A stretch of DNA of 63,980 nucleotides, counting the filler, from Reclinomonas americana ATCC 50394 (lineage: Eukaryota): the NCBI GenBank assembly GCA_048213135.1. It is 9 parts of 6 records of this genome, joined end to end, with 100 filler letters (N's around TTAATTAATTAA, not from the genome) between each part and the next. Parts side by side here need not be neighbours in the genome. Positions count along the whole stretch, not along the records: positions 46,331 to 51,413 come from PS015420.1; positions 51,514 to 59,965 come from PS015420.1; 7 more parts are not named here. One strand, given 5' to 3'. The position numbers were made by a program, and so were the translations under genes. The notes under the pieces are model-generated. The model saw only the letters and a list, made by a program, of their open reading frames with translations. It made no database searches and was not told the DNA's origin. This document shows, one piece after another, positions 48,901-60,065 of this stretch; position 1 is the first letter of the stretch, and each line of letters begins with the position of its first letter.

Positions 48901-50004
48901 CCCGGGAGCGGCCCATACTCGTGACTTGGAGCGAGAAGTGGAGCGACTGACACGCGAACGCGACATGCTGCTGAAACGCGTACAGCGCGATGAATCCGGC
49001 GACGATGTGCGTGCCGCCGCCGCACGAGCAGACCATATCCTTCTTGATCACCCCATCTTATGTGCATGTTTGTGTCTCGCTGCTGCTGGCGTCCTTGACT
49101 CCTCTCTCGTGCACAGCAAAACGAGCTGACACTTCTGCAGCGCGAACTCGTCGGTGTCACCACGGAACTGCAGCAAGTCACTCGTGAGCGTGACCTGGCG
49201 CAGCGAACCGTGGACGAGCGTGAAGAGGAGATTGTGCGACTGCGCACGGCGCTGCAGGTGGAGCGCGCACGAGTGGAGCAATTGCAGTCTCTGTCGGACG
49301 ATGACACAGAGAGGCAGGTGCGACACGCTGTCGCAGCCTACGAGGCCAGCCAGTCGCAGCTGCAGCACGAGCACGACGAATTGAAGCGCGAACACACGCG
49401 TGTGTGTATTGAATTGCGGCAACTCGAACGCGAGTTGGCCAAGGAGAAGAGCCGTGCCATCTCCGAGGAGCGGTGAGTGATGCTTGCTGTAGTGTGTATT
49501 CGTGACCTGATGCTGACATGGGCGCAGAACTCGGCACGAGTATTTTGAGGAGAAGCTGGCGCGCAACGAGGAGGAGATTCGCGCCCTGCGGCGTGAGCGC
49601 AATGCGCTTGTGGTGCGTCACTCGGTCGTCAGTTGTTTTGCCGCTTGAGACTTACGTGCGCGCTTCCACACAGTCCACGATTCGCGAGATGGAAAAGGCA
49701 CAACAACTTGGGCGCAATATCAACACGAGTGCCTCATCGTCCTCCTCACTCGGCAGCATTGGCAATGGTGAGTTTGCACACACCCCAGTGGCTGACTCTG
49801 TGCGTGGACGACTTATGCCTTCTTGTCGTAGGTTCACGACGGCGGCGCGACGATAGTGGTCAGTCGGCGGCCAGTCTCGGTGCGTGCCATCCACTTGTTG
49901 CATGTTTCCCAACTGCAGACTGATAGTCTCTCGCAGCCATGAAGGAGAAGCTGGACGAGCTGTCGGAGATCACATCGGCTCTGTTGCGTGGCGACAGCAG
50001 ATGA
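45919..50004 (+). CDS. SDS22-like LRR plus long coiled-coil protein with a CCHCR1-like motif (46331-46737 lies on an inverted contig)
   Basis: LNLSRNQITRIENLEPL..LDLSLNAIDRIDNV. The inverted piece carries LVLDGNPL..YREQVLSMLPSLETLDG (LRRcap). Later LLEK|WREKVYALLVQLKS and heptad-rich exons follow. Confidence 0.75.
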
Positions 50005-50154
50005 CGGACTGGCGAGTGTAAACAATGTGTGCTTCATGTTTCATTTGTACTTGCTTTGTACTCCTGCGTTAAACCACGGCGTGCACAGCGCCAGCACCCC
50101 CTGTGCGTGTACACACCCACACCATAAACAAAAATGGGGCGAAACAGAGAACTA

Positions 50155-50580
50155 CTACAAGAGTCGGAGGTTGCGAGCGCGGTCTACACGGGCGCGAGTA
50201 AACAGCGCCCGATCGTACTCGCCATTGTTGAAGTCGCTGTCGTCGAACATCGTATCGACAATGGTGCACCCGTCAAAAGCACACCCGAACGACGACGCCA
50301 ATCCAAACGCTTGGAATGACGAGAACTGCACGCACGTAAGTCAGCGCAACGACCTCTGTGTGGCGCAGCGTAACTCTCTCTCCCTCGCACCTTGGCTCCT
50401 GAGAAGCGCACCGAGGTGAGGTTGCTGTGCAAGAATGCCACCCGGCTGTCGCTAGAGGCGTTGAAAAGAATGGTGCACTCAAAGGTGGCGCCGGTGAGAT
50501 CGCACCGCAGGAACGTGGAGGCTCCGAGACTGGCGCCATTGAACGTCGATCGTGTGAGCAGCGAGTCGGCAAACTCGCCC
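50155..50580 (-). CDS. Pentapeptide-repeat C-terminal exons of the BTB-pentapeptide gene
   Basis: GEFADSLLTRSTFNGASLGASTFLRCDLTGATF...VRFSGAK|FSSFQ...ARVDRARNLRLL*. Confidence 0.75.
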
Positions 50581-50687
50581 TACCGCGCACAGCCATTAGC
50601 TACTCGCCGTACGGGAGGGNNNNNNNNNNNNNNNNNNNNNNNNNNNNNNNNNNNACTCACTCATGCGTGTGTGTGATGATGATCAGA

Positions 50688-51390
50688 GGACAGCCCATTT
50701 GCACTGCCTCGCGAACCCGACGGATCATTCTTTGTCGACGCCTGCCCGCTGTGCTTTCGGCATGTACTGGACTACTTGCGACGCGATGGAGTCGATCAGG
50801 AGGCGCTGGTGAGCGGAGCCGCCGGCATCTCGGTGGAGAGATTAACTCGCGAGGCCGAGTTCTTTGGTCTGGAGGGCTTGCAGGAGCAGTTGACGGCGAT
50901 GCAGCGCAGCAAGATGGAGCGCGAGTTTCCGCAGAGCAAGCTGCTGGAGCTGGTGTCGCTCAAGCACGATGTGCAACTGCCGTGCGCCGATCTGCGCCAT
51001 CTGAACTTTGCCTGGCTGAACGTGGAGGGCTCCAAGTTCCAGGAGTCGAACCTGTCGGGCGTCAACTTTACGCGGGCGCACTTGTCGCGTTGTGACTTTA
51101 CAGGCGCCGACTGCAGCGAGTGCTCGATGGTCGATGCCACCATGGCGGGCGCGGTGTTTCGCCAGGTGCGTCTCTGTCACGCCAAGCTCCGAGGTGCAGA
51201 TTTGCGCAACGCTGTGTTTGTCGACTGCGATCTTACGGGAGTGAGTCGTCGCTGCGGTTCCATCTGTGAGAGGGTTGTGACACTCACTCGATCCTCGCAG
51301 GCCGATCTCTCGCAGGCCACGCTGGTCGGCACCTGCTTCTCGAATTGCAACTTGGTGGGCGCCAACCTGGCGCTCTGCAACGTCTCCAAG
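50688..51390 (+). CDS. BTB/POZ plus pentapeptide-repeat protein (KCTD9-like), middle exons on an inverted contig
   Basis: DGSFFVD..FRHVLDYLR..EAEFFGLEGL (BTB), then ADLRHLNF, SNLSGVNF and AKLRGADLRNAVF pentapeptides. Confidence 0.85.
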
Positions 51391-51513
51391 GTGCGTGTGC
51401 GCTCGTGTATTCANNNNNNNNNNNNNNNNNNNNNNNNNNNNNNNNNNNNNNNNNNNNTTAATTAATTAANNNNNNNNNNNNNNNNNNNNNNNNNNNNNNN
51501 NNNNNNNNNNNNN

Positions 51514-51993
51514 CACGTGCTGGTGCACGATGCGCTGGAGGTGGATCATACCATTGAGGAGGTGGTCAGCGTGTTTGCGCGGTACGGCGTCGAGTCGACC
51601 ACCATTCAGCCGCTGGTGGTGCGCGAGGAGGCCGAGCAGTGCCTCACCTGCAAGCCGGGCGCTGGCGAGGGAGCCACGTCGTCGTCATCGGCGGCGGCGA
51701 CGGCGGCGGCCGGGCGCAGAAGTGGCGAAGGGTCGGCGGCCGGTGGCGGCAGCGGGGCATCCGGCTCGATGCATCGGAGTATCGTGCTCAAGTGCCCCGA
51801 CAAGTCGTGCGAAGGCATCCAGTTCCGGGCCGACGTGCCACGCAGTCGATCGGTGGCTTCGTCGGTCTCGGCCGCATCCTCCAGCTCCATGCTGCTGCTG
51901 CCACGCGGTGCCAGTGCCGGCAGTGTGGGGACGGGGTTGACGGGGGCCGGAGGCAGCAGCACAGGCCTGAGCTCGGTGGCCGAGCGGGAATGA
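51514..51993 (+). CDS. Last exon, probably a CDF/ZnT zinc transporter C-terminal domain
   Basis: HVLV...VFARYGVESTTIQP..C..LKCPDKSC resembles the ZnT1-type cytosolic tail. TGA at 51991-51993; AATAAA at 52001. Confidence 0.55.
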   Translation, partial: HVLVHDALEVDHTIEEVVSVFARYGVESTTIQPLVVREEAEQCLTCKPGAGEGATSSSSAAATAAAGRRSGEGSAAGGGSGASGSMHRSIVLKCPDKSCEGIQFRADVPRSRSVASSVSAASSSSMLLLPRGASAGSVGTGLTGAGGSSTGLSSVAERE

Positions 51994-52051
51994 GTGTGTG
52001 AATAAAGGTTGTTCAGGAGATCGGTACCTAGATTCTTTTCAGGCGATGATC

Positions 52052-52124
52052 ATTCCTGTGGCACAGTGGTTAGTGCGTCTGCTTTACGCGCAGAAGGTCC
52101 TGGGTTCGACCCCCAGCAGGAATA
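52052..52124 (+). tRNA. tRNA-Val (anticodon TAC)
   Basis: Acceptor stem ATTCCTG/CAGGAAT, D stem GCAC/GTGC, anticodon arm TCTGC-TTTACGC-GCAGA, T arm CTGGG-TTCGACC-CCCAG, discriminator A. T-run terminator from about 52130. Confidence 0.95.
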
Positions 52125-52297
52125 CCTAATTTTTTCTTTTTCTTTTTTTTTTCTCACTGGCAACGAGTATCCTGCTGTTGCTGTTTGAGCTCACCGCACG
52201 CCGTCATGGCTGGCGAGTGCCGTCTATGCCTCCATCGCCTTCTTGCAATTGTCTATTCGATTTTCATTCACATCAATATCGATTTTTTCTTTTCCTC

Positions 52298-53815
52298 TCA
52301 CTGTCGCTCTCTCGCGATCGCCGGCGCATGGTACTGCAGCGGGAACGGTGGCGGGTACATGGGCACGCCGGCTCCACCCTGCGCGTGCGCCATTGGCACG
52401 TACACGAACGCGCCAGTGGGTGCACGAAAGAGCGCCCACGTCACCGCAGGCTGACTGCTTGCCATCATCATCATCGGACCGGAACCAGAAGCTGCAGGCG
52501 CCGCTCGACTGCGTCCTCCGAATGGCGAACACGGCTGCGGCATGGTGTAGAACGCCGGTCCACTGCCCTCCATCAGCACCGAGATGCGACGCGAGTACGA
52601 TCGCTGTTGCTGTGATGGCTCCGATTCTGCAGCTGACGCCGTGCTCGCCTGCCGGCCGTCGTCGTGATCAATGGCAGGCTCGGTGGACGCGGTCCACGCG
52701 CCGTCTTCGTTGTTGCGTCGCCTCTTGCGCACCTGGCACAGACTGAGCAGCAACTCGACCTCCTCCAGCTGCCGATCGTGTCGCTGCTCTGGATCCACCT
52801 CCACAGTCACACTGCGCTCGCTGTGAGCGCGCTTCGCTGCCGGATTCTTCTTCACGGCGCTGGCCCCGGCTCCGGCTCCCGAACCTCCGGCCCCGCCCTC
52901 TCGCTTCACCACACGAGCGCGGTACACGGGAGCTGCGGCCGTCGCAGCCGTGGCAGTAGCAGCGGCGGTGGGTGACGCCGGCCACGGCTGCGGCTGCTGC
53001 TGTTGCATCATCATTGCCGCGCTTGCGGCAGCCGCCGCAGCCGCTCCACTTGCCACAGGACGCCGCCTCGCTCCGCCACCTCGTGCGCCACCACCACCAC
53101 CACCACCGCCACGACGCACACGGAAGGTGGCACGGGCCATGGGGTTGCTGGTCGATGGCGAGCACACCAGCCGCAGACCAACACACGGCGAGTTGATGTC
53201 GGGCGCCTAAACGCGACGACGACACAGGTAAGAGACACTGGAAAGAGAGAGGCAGAGGCAGATAAAAAACTCACCGACGACGACCGCGACCGCTGATGCC
53301 CACTGTGCGCACGATACTGCTGCTGCTGTGACTGCGGCTGCTGTGACGCATGCTGCATGGCCGCCAGCGCCTCAGCCGCCTCGTGCATCACCGGCGAGTC
53401 CTGCGCCATGGGTGTATTCGGCGGGGCCGCCGGCAACGCCACCTGTGCACCTGCGGCCGCCGACAGCTGAAAGCCGGCAAACTGGCGTCGCTCGGCCAGT
53501 GAGGACGACGAGGAGGAGGCCAGCGATGATCGTTGTCGAAGGAGCACAGCACGTGGGACTGACTCATCGCCGTCGCCAGAGGAGACCGCCGGCGATGATG
53601 CAGTCGCGTGGCTGTTTGGTGGAGAGAGTGTGAGTCGCGTGATCAATGATCCTCTCTTTCCGTCGCAGTCACCTGGAGAGTGCCGGCGGTTTCCGATAGG
53701 CTCCTCCGCTCAACCGCACGCGCTCCTCGTCCTCGTCTTCACTCTCGTACACTCGCATGGAGGCCGGCGATCCGAGACCGCTCATGGGCGATGCAGGCGG
53801 AGATATCAGTGCCAT
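52298..53815 (-). CDS. Low-complexity protein, possibly a nuclear regulator
   Basis: MALISPPASPMS... start with GT-AG introns; Ala/Gln/Ser-rich, with basic patches (KKNPAAKR, RKRRR). Confidence 0.5.
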
Positions 53816-54560
53816 GTTTCTTCCTTCTTTTTCTTGTGTGTTCTCTTCACTCACTCAACTCTCACTCAACTATGCGCAAAATGCAACGTGCAAAAAGGAG
53901 CGCAGCGGTCAACATGAGCAAGCGCGGGGGTGTTTATTGAAAAAACCGCCAAATTGGAGCACAATCCGGCAGAGATTGACAGGATTCGCGCGCGCTCACT
54001 CACACTCTCTCTTTCTCACATGTACGCTTCTCTTTCTCATTATGCGTGTGTGCGGTTGTGCGTTGCTGATCATGTGTCACGGTGAAACGATCGGAAGATC
54101 TCTCATGACACACGTGTGACACTCGCACTCGCACAAGCGAATTGTATTCACTGTCTTCTCTCTGTCTCTCTGTCTCTCTCCTTGTGTGCGCATATAATGC
54201 AGGTGCACCTGTGTGTGAGTTACAGTCGCTCCTGCACTTTTCTCGCTCTCTTATCATGCACTCACTCTCTCTCTCTCGCACATACGCACTCTCTCTCTCA
54301 CACACACGCACACGCACACACACTCTCATTCGCATGCTGCATTGCTTGAGACCACCTGTCATCCGTGCATTGATCAATCACAATTTTCATGGACAACTTC
54401 GTTGTCCACGACAAAGACCGATCGAATCGTCGCCAGTTGGTGGAGCGAAAGCACACACACACCCTCCGCCTTTCCCACTATCAGCCCTTTACCTGCCATT
54501 GTCGTCTTTCTCCCTCGATCTTCTTCGTCTTCGTGAGCCATGCGTCGATCGTCCAGCCAC

Positions 54561-57500
54561 ATGGCTGTTCCTCCGAGTCCACTGTCAGCCGGTGGTGGCG
54601 GTGGTGGTGGCAGCACGCCCGGCGGTGGGAAGCGACCCAAGCGCAACATCACGTTTGGGCCCGATTCCCACACACTGCTCTCGGCCGTGCGACTCAACTT
54701 GCGCAAGGTACGCTTCGCTGTCGGATTGGACATGGAGAGGAGCATCTTTTTCTCTCTCATTTTTGTGAGGGCCTCGCCTTGGCTGCCTCTTCTTTCTCTG
54801 TTCGTGCGTGGGTGCGGTGGAGATCGATTCCCACGAGCGAGAAAAATGCTCACGATGCTCGTTGACTTCTCATGCACCCCGCACTGTGCCTTGTCGTCTT
54901 CGTCGTTCCTGCTGCCCCGCTCGCTCATGCAGCATGCTGTGGAGTGGCCTTCCTTTGTTTGTGTGCGTGTGCTGTTGCTTCGATGTCTGTGTTCCCCTTC
55001 GCGGGAATGATTCCCTCGTGTCGTCCACTGCACCCATCGGCGGTCGCGGTGTTGTGTTTTTTGCCTTTTCGGGGCCATCAGCTGGACGTGCGCATCTTTT
55101 TTCCTTGCATTCTTGGCTGATAAGTATCCGCAGACGGGGCGGCCGCATGCCTGGGACGATGTCGCCACGTACCTGTGCCTGTGCTTGGAGGGAGCGCGCG
55201 ATGAAATTGGTGAGTGCGTGCAGGGTCCAGTTTGTGTGTGCGCTCACCACGTGGACAAGTGTGGGCGGCGGTGGGGAAACTTGGCGTCTATTCGTTTCAC
55301 CGCACCAGAGCAGGGTTGTGGGAAAGTGAGAGAGTGAGCGACTGTTTTGCGCGGTAGAGGGGTTGAGTGGCAGAAGAACCTTTCGCCAGTCGGAGGAACT
55401 CTTGTTGATCACACACTCGCACACACATGGTTGCCGTTCGCGTCTGAGAGGAACGTCAACTGACCCCTGCGAGGATAGATTCGGGCCGGGCGCTGTGCTA
55501 CCTCCGCTGCGTGGTCTTTCTATTTTTCTTTCGTGTGCTTTATTCGTGGACATGGCAGAGAGAAACGCTTTGTCGGGAACCATAACTTGGCGTGTGCAAG
55601 AATGTGTCGGGGAGAATGTGCTCTACGTCGTTTCCATTCTTCACCGCACTCTTGTTTCCCGTGTGGCGATCCGAGCGGTTGCTGACCTCCACGCTAAGGA
55701 GGAGGAGATTTAAGTGCGCAATTGTTTTGCATGTTGTGCTGCTATCATCTCGTGGCGCATCTCCTCTGTTCATTGCACACTACTATTGCCCGTACACTTT
55801 TCTGGTTGCTCTCCTCCTCGCATCCCATCGTCAGTTAGAAAATCGCGACAATTTCTCTCACTGGAATCCATGTCACCCGCAGAGTCGGAGATGCTGCAAA
55901 AGGCGCTTCCGCGAGCCTGGGAACGATACACACTTCGCGACGGTCGGCCGCTGTATCGGAACCGTGACACGGGACGGTGCCAGCTGGAGTGGCCGTCGCA
56001 CGAACACGAGGGGGACCTGTTTCAGGATATCTCGCCACTGGTGACCGACTCGATGAGGATTCCCGTGATCGAGGAACCGGGCTTTGTGATGCTTGGCTCG
56101 TCGACCGTGGATGTGGGGTGAGTGGTGGCGAGGGGAAGAAGAGGGAGGGAGGGAGAAACACACGAACATGTCACCGCCGCACACTTCCAGCATGCAGTTC
56201 CTTCCTTCTTGTTCTGGTTATCACTCCCCGACTTCCTTCATCATCGTGTCGCACTGAGCATGGTTCTCTTCTCCCTGATCCACCGCCACTCTATTCCCTC
56301 CCTTCATTGTGTGCCTGGAGTCATTCCTGCGACTTCATTGTGCGGGGGTAGAGATTCTCCTGGTTTCCAGTCACATTGTTTCTGTTTCCGCGTCGCATCT
56401 CATGTGGAATGCTCCGTGATCTGCAGTCCCCATCGCCCGCTGGTCCGCAGCTCAACGCGCACCTCGCCACCAGCGAATCTCCAACTGCTGCCCGTATCGC
56501 CGTCGCCATCAATTGTGACGGCCACCTTTGCCGACCGCGGTCTGATGCTCGACTGCGGCCCAATGTCGGCCAACGCAGCCGCGCAGATGGTGACTCGCGG
56601 ACCTGAGTTGCCACCACCGATGGCGGGCGGAACGAGTCGCCGCCGACTGTCGTCACGACTCGACGAGTGTGTTGTGGATTCGGACGAGGACTCGCGTCAC
56701 GCTGCGGCGGCGGCAGCAGCCGCGGCCGCCGCAGCTGCCGCTGCTGCCGGGATGCCGTCTCACCTGCAGGGAGGACTACCCATGCACTTGACGCCGCTGC
56801 CGTCGCTACTGCCGGTGGCTGGCCATGGAGTCGACGTGCCGTTGCCGCAGCTGCCGAGTGTTCCCACATTGACGCCGCTGCTGGCGGCGCCACTCAACTT
56901 CCCGCTGCCGCCGCAGTTTGCGAGCATGCAGATGGGCGCCGGCGTACAGCCACCTGCTGCACACCAGTCGGGCGACATGAACGCCTTGCATCTTGCCGCC
57001 GAGATGATCGAGTGGCAGGAGATCCGGAACGCAATGGCTGCCTACCCGGACATGACCGGTCGTTGCGTTCTGACACTCGTCGACGATTCGTCGCAAACAC
57101 ACGCACTCACTTGTTTCGTTTTATCCGCAGAAAAAGTCACGGACTCGATGCCCATCCGCACCCTCTTTCAGCAAGTGTGCTGGCAGCTCGGGTGCACCCC
57201 GTTCCAGGTCGATCGGTGCGCTCGCTGTGTGCGCATCCTCGAGACCGAAGTTGCACTTCCGTTCTGCTTGTGGGGTGCGTGTGCGTGCCGAACCCCACTC
57301 ACTCTCATCTTTCTACTCCAGTTTGGTGTCTCGCGACTCGCCGACCTGCGTGGCAACCAGCTTGCCATGAGCCAGATCCCGCCCGACATGCAGCCGCTGC
57401 TCGCGCCGTACCTGGTCATGGCGTTTGTGGCCTCGTCACGCAACTCGACACCCAACACGTCGGGCGCATCGTCGCCCGCATCGCAGTCGCACCTGCAACA

Positions 57501-57963
57501 GCTGCAGCAGCAACACAGTCAGCATCTCCCGCAGCAGCAGCAGCAGCAGCAGCAACAGGCGGTGTTGCCGTCGATTGCCGACATGCGTGGTAGCGGTGAC
57601 GAGAGTCTCCACGGACAGTCGCTGCCGTCCATGCGACTGCATCCAGACGGCGTCAATGCAGCAGCAGCTGGTGGTGGTGGAAGCAGCAGCCCGGTGCGCA
57701 CTCGACGCAGTGCGCGAAAGCGCCTCGTGACCGACATGGACCCGAACGACGACAGCAGCGGTGTCGCCAACCAGCCGCTGGCCACACCCATCCCAGCCGG
57801 AGCCAACTCGCTGCACAGCACAGCTGCCGCAGCGGCGGCTCTGGAGGGCATGCCACTGACAGGGACCAGCCCCGATGGCGACGAACACAGCAGCACGTCG
57901 AGCCCTTCCGACACCAGTCGCGACTCGCCACTGCGGAAGCGCGAGCGGCGTACTGCTGTATAA
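54561..57963 (+). CDS. WW-domain-containing low-complexity protein
   Basis: LPRAWERYTLRDGRPLYRNRDTGRCQLEWP (~55905-55995) is a divergent WW domain. Ala/Gln-rich C-terminal exons end at TAA 57963. Confidence 0.65.
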
Positions 57964-58141
57964 TGCGCCTACCGAGTAGATGTTGTTACAACAACAACAA
58001 TAGCGAAACGAGCAGCACGGCGAACGTGAGGAAAGATCGCGAGATAGTAGTGTCCTCCGCGTCCTCGCAGCGCTGCGTGTGTCGGTTGTGTTCTTTAGTG
58101 TACAGCGTTCCTCATACACACCTCACGAGTGACAGGAGAAG

Positions 58142-58729
58142 ATGGCAGCAAAGGCGGCGGGAGAAAGCCGCGATGAGGCGGCCTTTCTGCGGCGACTGAC
58201 TGCCTTTGAGACATCACTCACCGCCAATGCGAAAGTAGTCGATGACACGGTGGGCACACACACACACACAAGAGAGAGACAGGGAGGGAGGCGCAGGCAC
58301 ACACATGGAGAGAGACAACTGATGCGACACAAAAGCTCTCACACACACGCGCTGTGTGATGTTGCAGATTACTCTGTTGGGATCGCTGGAGAGCAAGCTG
58401 AGCACGTTGGAGACGCGACTGCAGCCGTTGCATGATGCGATGAATGAGACCTCGTTGATCTATGACAACATTGATGGCGCCATTGCGGAAATCGAAAAGA
58501 CACTGACACAGTTTGAGGAGGCGGCGATGTTGGAGAGCGAGGCCAATCGCGGGTCTGTGTTGCACGCTGTTGCTGCGATGCTTGTGCGTCGTTTGTGTTC
58601 ACTCTCCGCAGTATTCAACCGGATGGCCTGTTGGACTACTTGGAGTTGGTCGATCGTATCGATGACATGCTGGCGTTCTTTAGTGATTATGCGTCGTTCC
58701 GCAGCTCGGATCGCGTGCTGGACGCCTTG
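58142..58729 (+). CDS. EXO70: Exocyst subunit Exo70, N-terminal exons
   Basis: ITLLGSLESKLSTLETRLQPLH...NIDGAIAEIEKTL..GLLDYLELVDRI..FF...FRSSD. Confidence 0.8.
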
Positions 58730-58827
58730 GTTTGTTGCCCGCCTTCTCTGAGTACACACAGTCTCGCCTCTCGCAACCTCACTGCGTGTGCGTGTGTGTG
58801 CGCGCGCNNNNNNNNNNNNNNNNNNNN

Positions 58828-59965
58828 ACATTGGTCGACGCAGTGTGAATGATGCCGTCGGGTGGCAGGCGAATCGTCTGCGCACCAATGGCGCGCGTCA
58901 CGTCAAACAGCAACCGATGACAGATGGTCTGCGTGTCGGCGAGCAGGGAGCGGAAGCGCTCCAGACCCGCATCGGTGGCAATCTGCAACACGCCCTCCAA
59001 CTCGAAGCGCCGCTCGTCGAGGTTTTGCAGAAAATCCAACAGCACAAAGAGGCGATCCGGCAACTTGTCCGACTTGATCACCTGCTCCAGCGTGGCGACA
59101 AAGTGGTCGACCGACGGCCGCAGAATGCGACCCAGCACATCCGCACACTCCAACGACGGGAGAATCAGCTCCGCAATCTCTTGCTCGCTCTGCGGTAGAC
59201 GGAAGTGAGAGGAAGGGAAGGGGGAGAGCGTAGTATGCTGTTCGCCACACACACCTCGATCATCGACACAAAGGTGTGAATGTAGGGGATTGATGCGTGC
59301 GTGCCCTTGTCATATCGCGCGTACTTGGAACTGTGCGGGGAGGGGGGGAAAAGAGTGAATCACCATCACCATGATCCTGCGCGCAAGGAGCACGGAGGGT
59401 ACCTCAAGCCGAGCTCCGAGCGATGAAAGTACGATGTGAGACCGGAGGCAATGCTGCCCACAAACGACGCATCGGTGCGTTCGCTGCCCAGGTCGTCGGT
59501 CTGATCGTCCATTTCACCTGCACTGGCGAGTCTGAGTCGAGAGGCGTGACGGCAGACACAAGCGTGGAAACGCAACTGCGCAAAGTTGGATTCTCAATGT
59601 GTGACGACAGCGCACTGGAGGACGAGTTGCGACGGAATCCGGTGGCTTTCAGGTGCTTCAGCGACCCGAGCAAGTCGGCAGACCGCACCTCGGTGATGAA
59701 CTGCACGCACGCACGTCAATTAAGGCTGGAGTACAACCACACCGCGCTCTCTCGTCGATCACACACCGGCAAGTGGTCTGCGTAATTGGCAAACTCCAGT
59801 CGCCTGGCAATGCCACGCAGCACATCAATTGCCCGATCGGCCAGCCACGGCTGTCCTTGCCGAATGGTGGGATCCACCGACTCACTCGACCGCCGCACCA
59901 CCGTCTCGTACTCCTTGGCGATCGCACGCAACGCAAACTGCTTGCTGTTGCGCTACGAACGACAA
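58828..59965 (-). CDS. EXO70: Exocyst subunit Exo70, central exons (inverted contig)
   Basis: FITEVRSADLLGSL, YARYDKGTH, EQEIAELIL, LFVLLD and LPPDGIIHTASTN (Exo70 PxDGxVH motif). Confidence 0.8.
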
Positions 59966-60065
59966 NNNNNNNNNNNNNNNNNNNNNNNNNNNNNNNNNNN
60001 NNNNNNNNNTTAATTAATTAANNNNNNNNNNNNNNNNNNNNNNNNNNNNNNNNNNNNNNNNNNNN

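Noticed and set aside
1..50004. Functional cluster of tubulin/centrosome genes (TBCCD1, TTC5, CCHCR1-like)
   Set aside because: They are far apart and interspersed with unrelated housekeeping genes.
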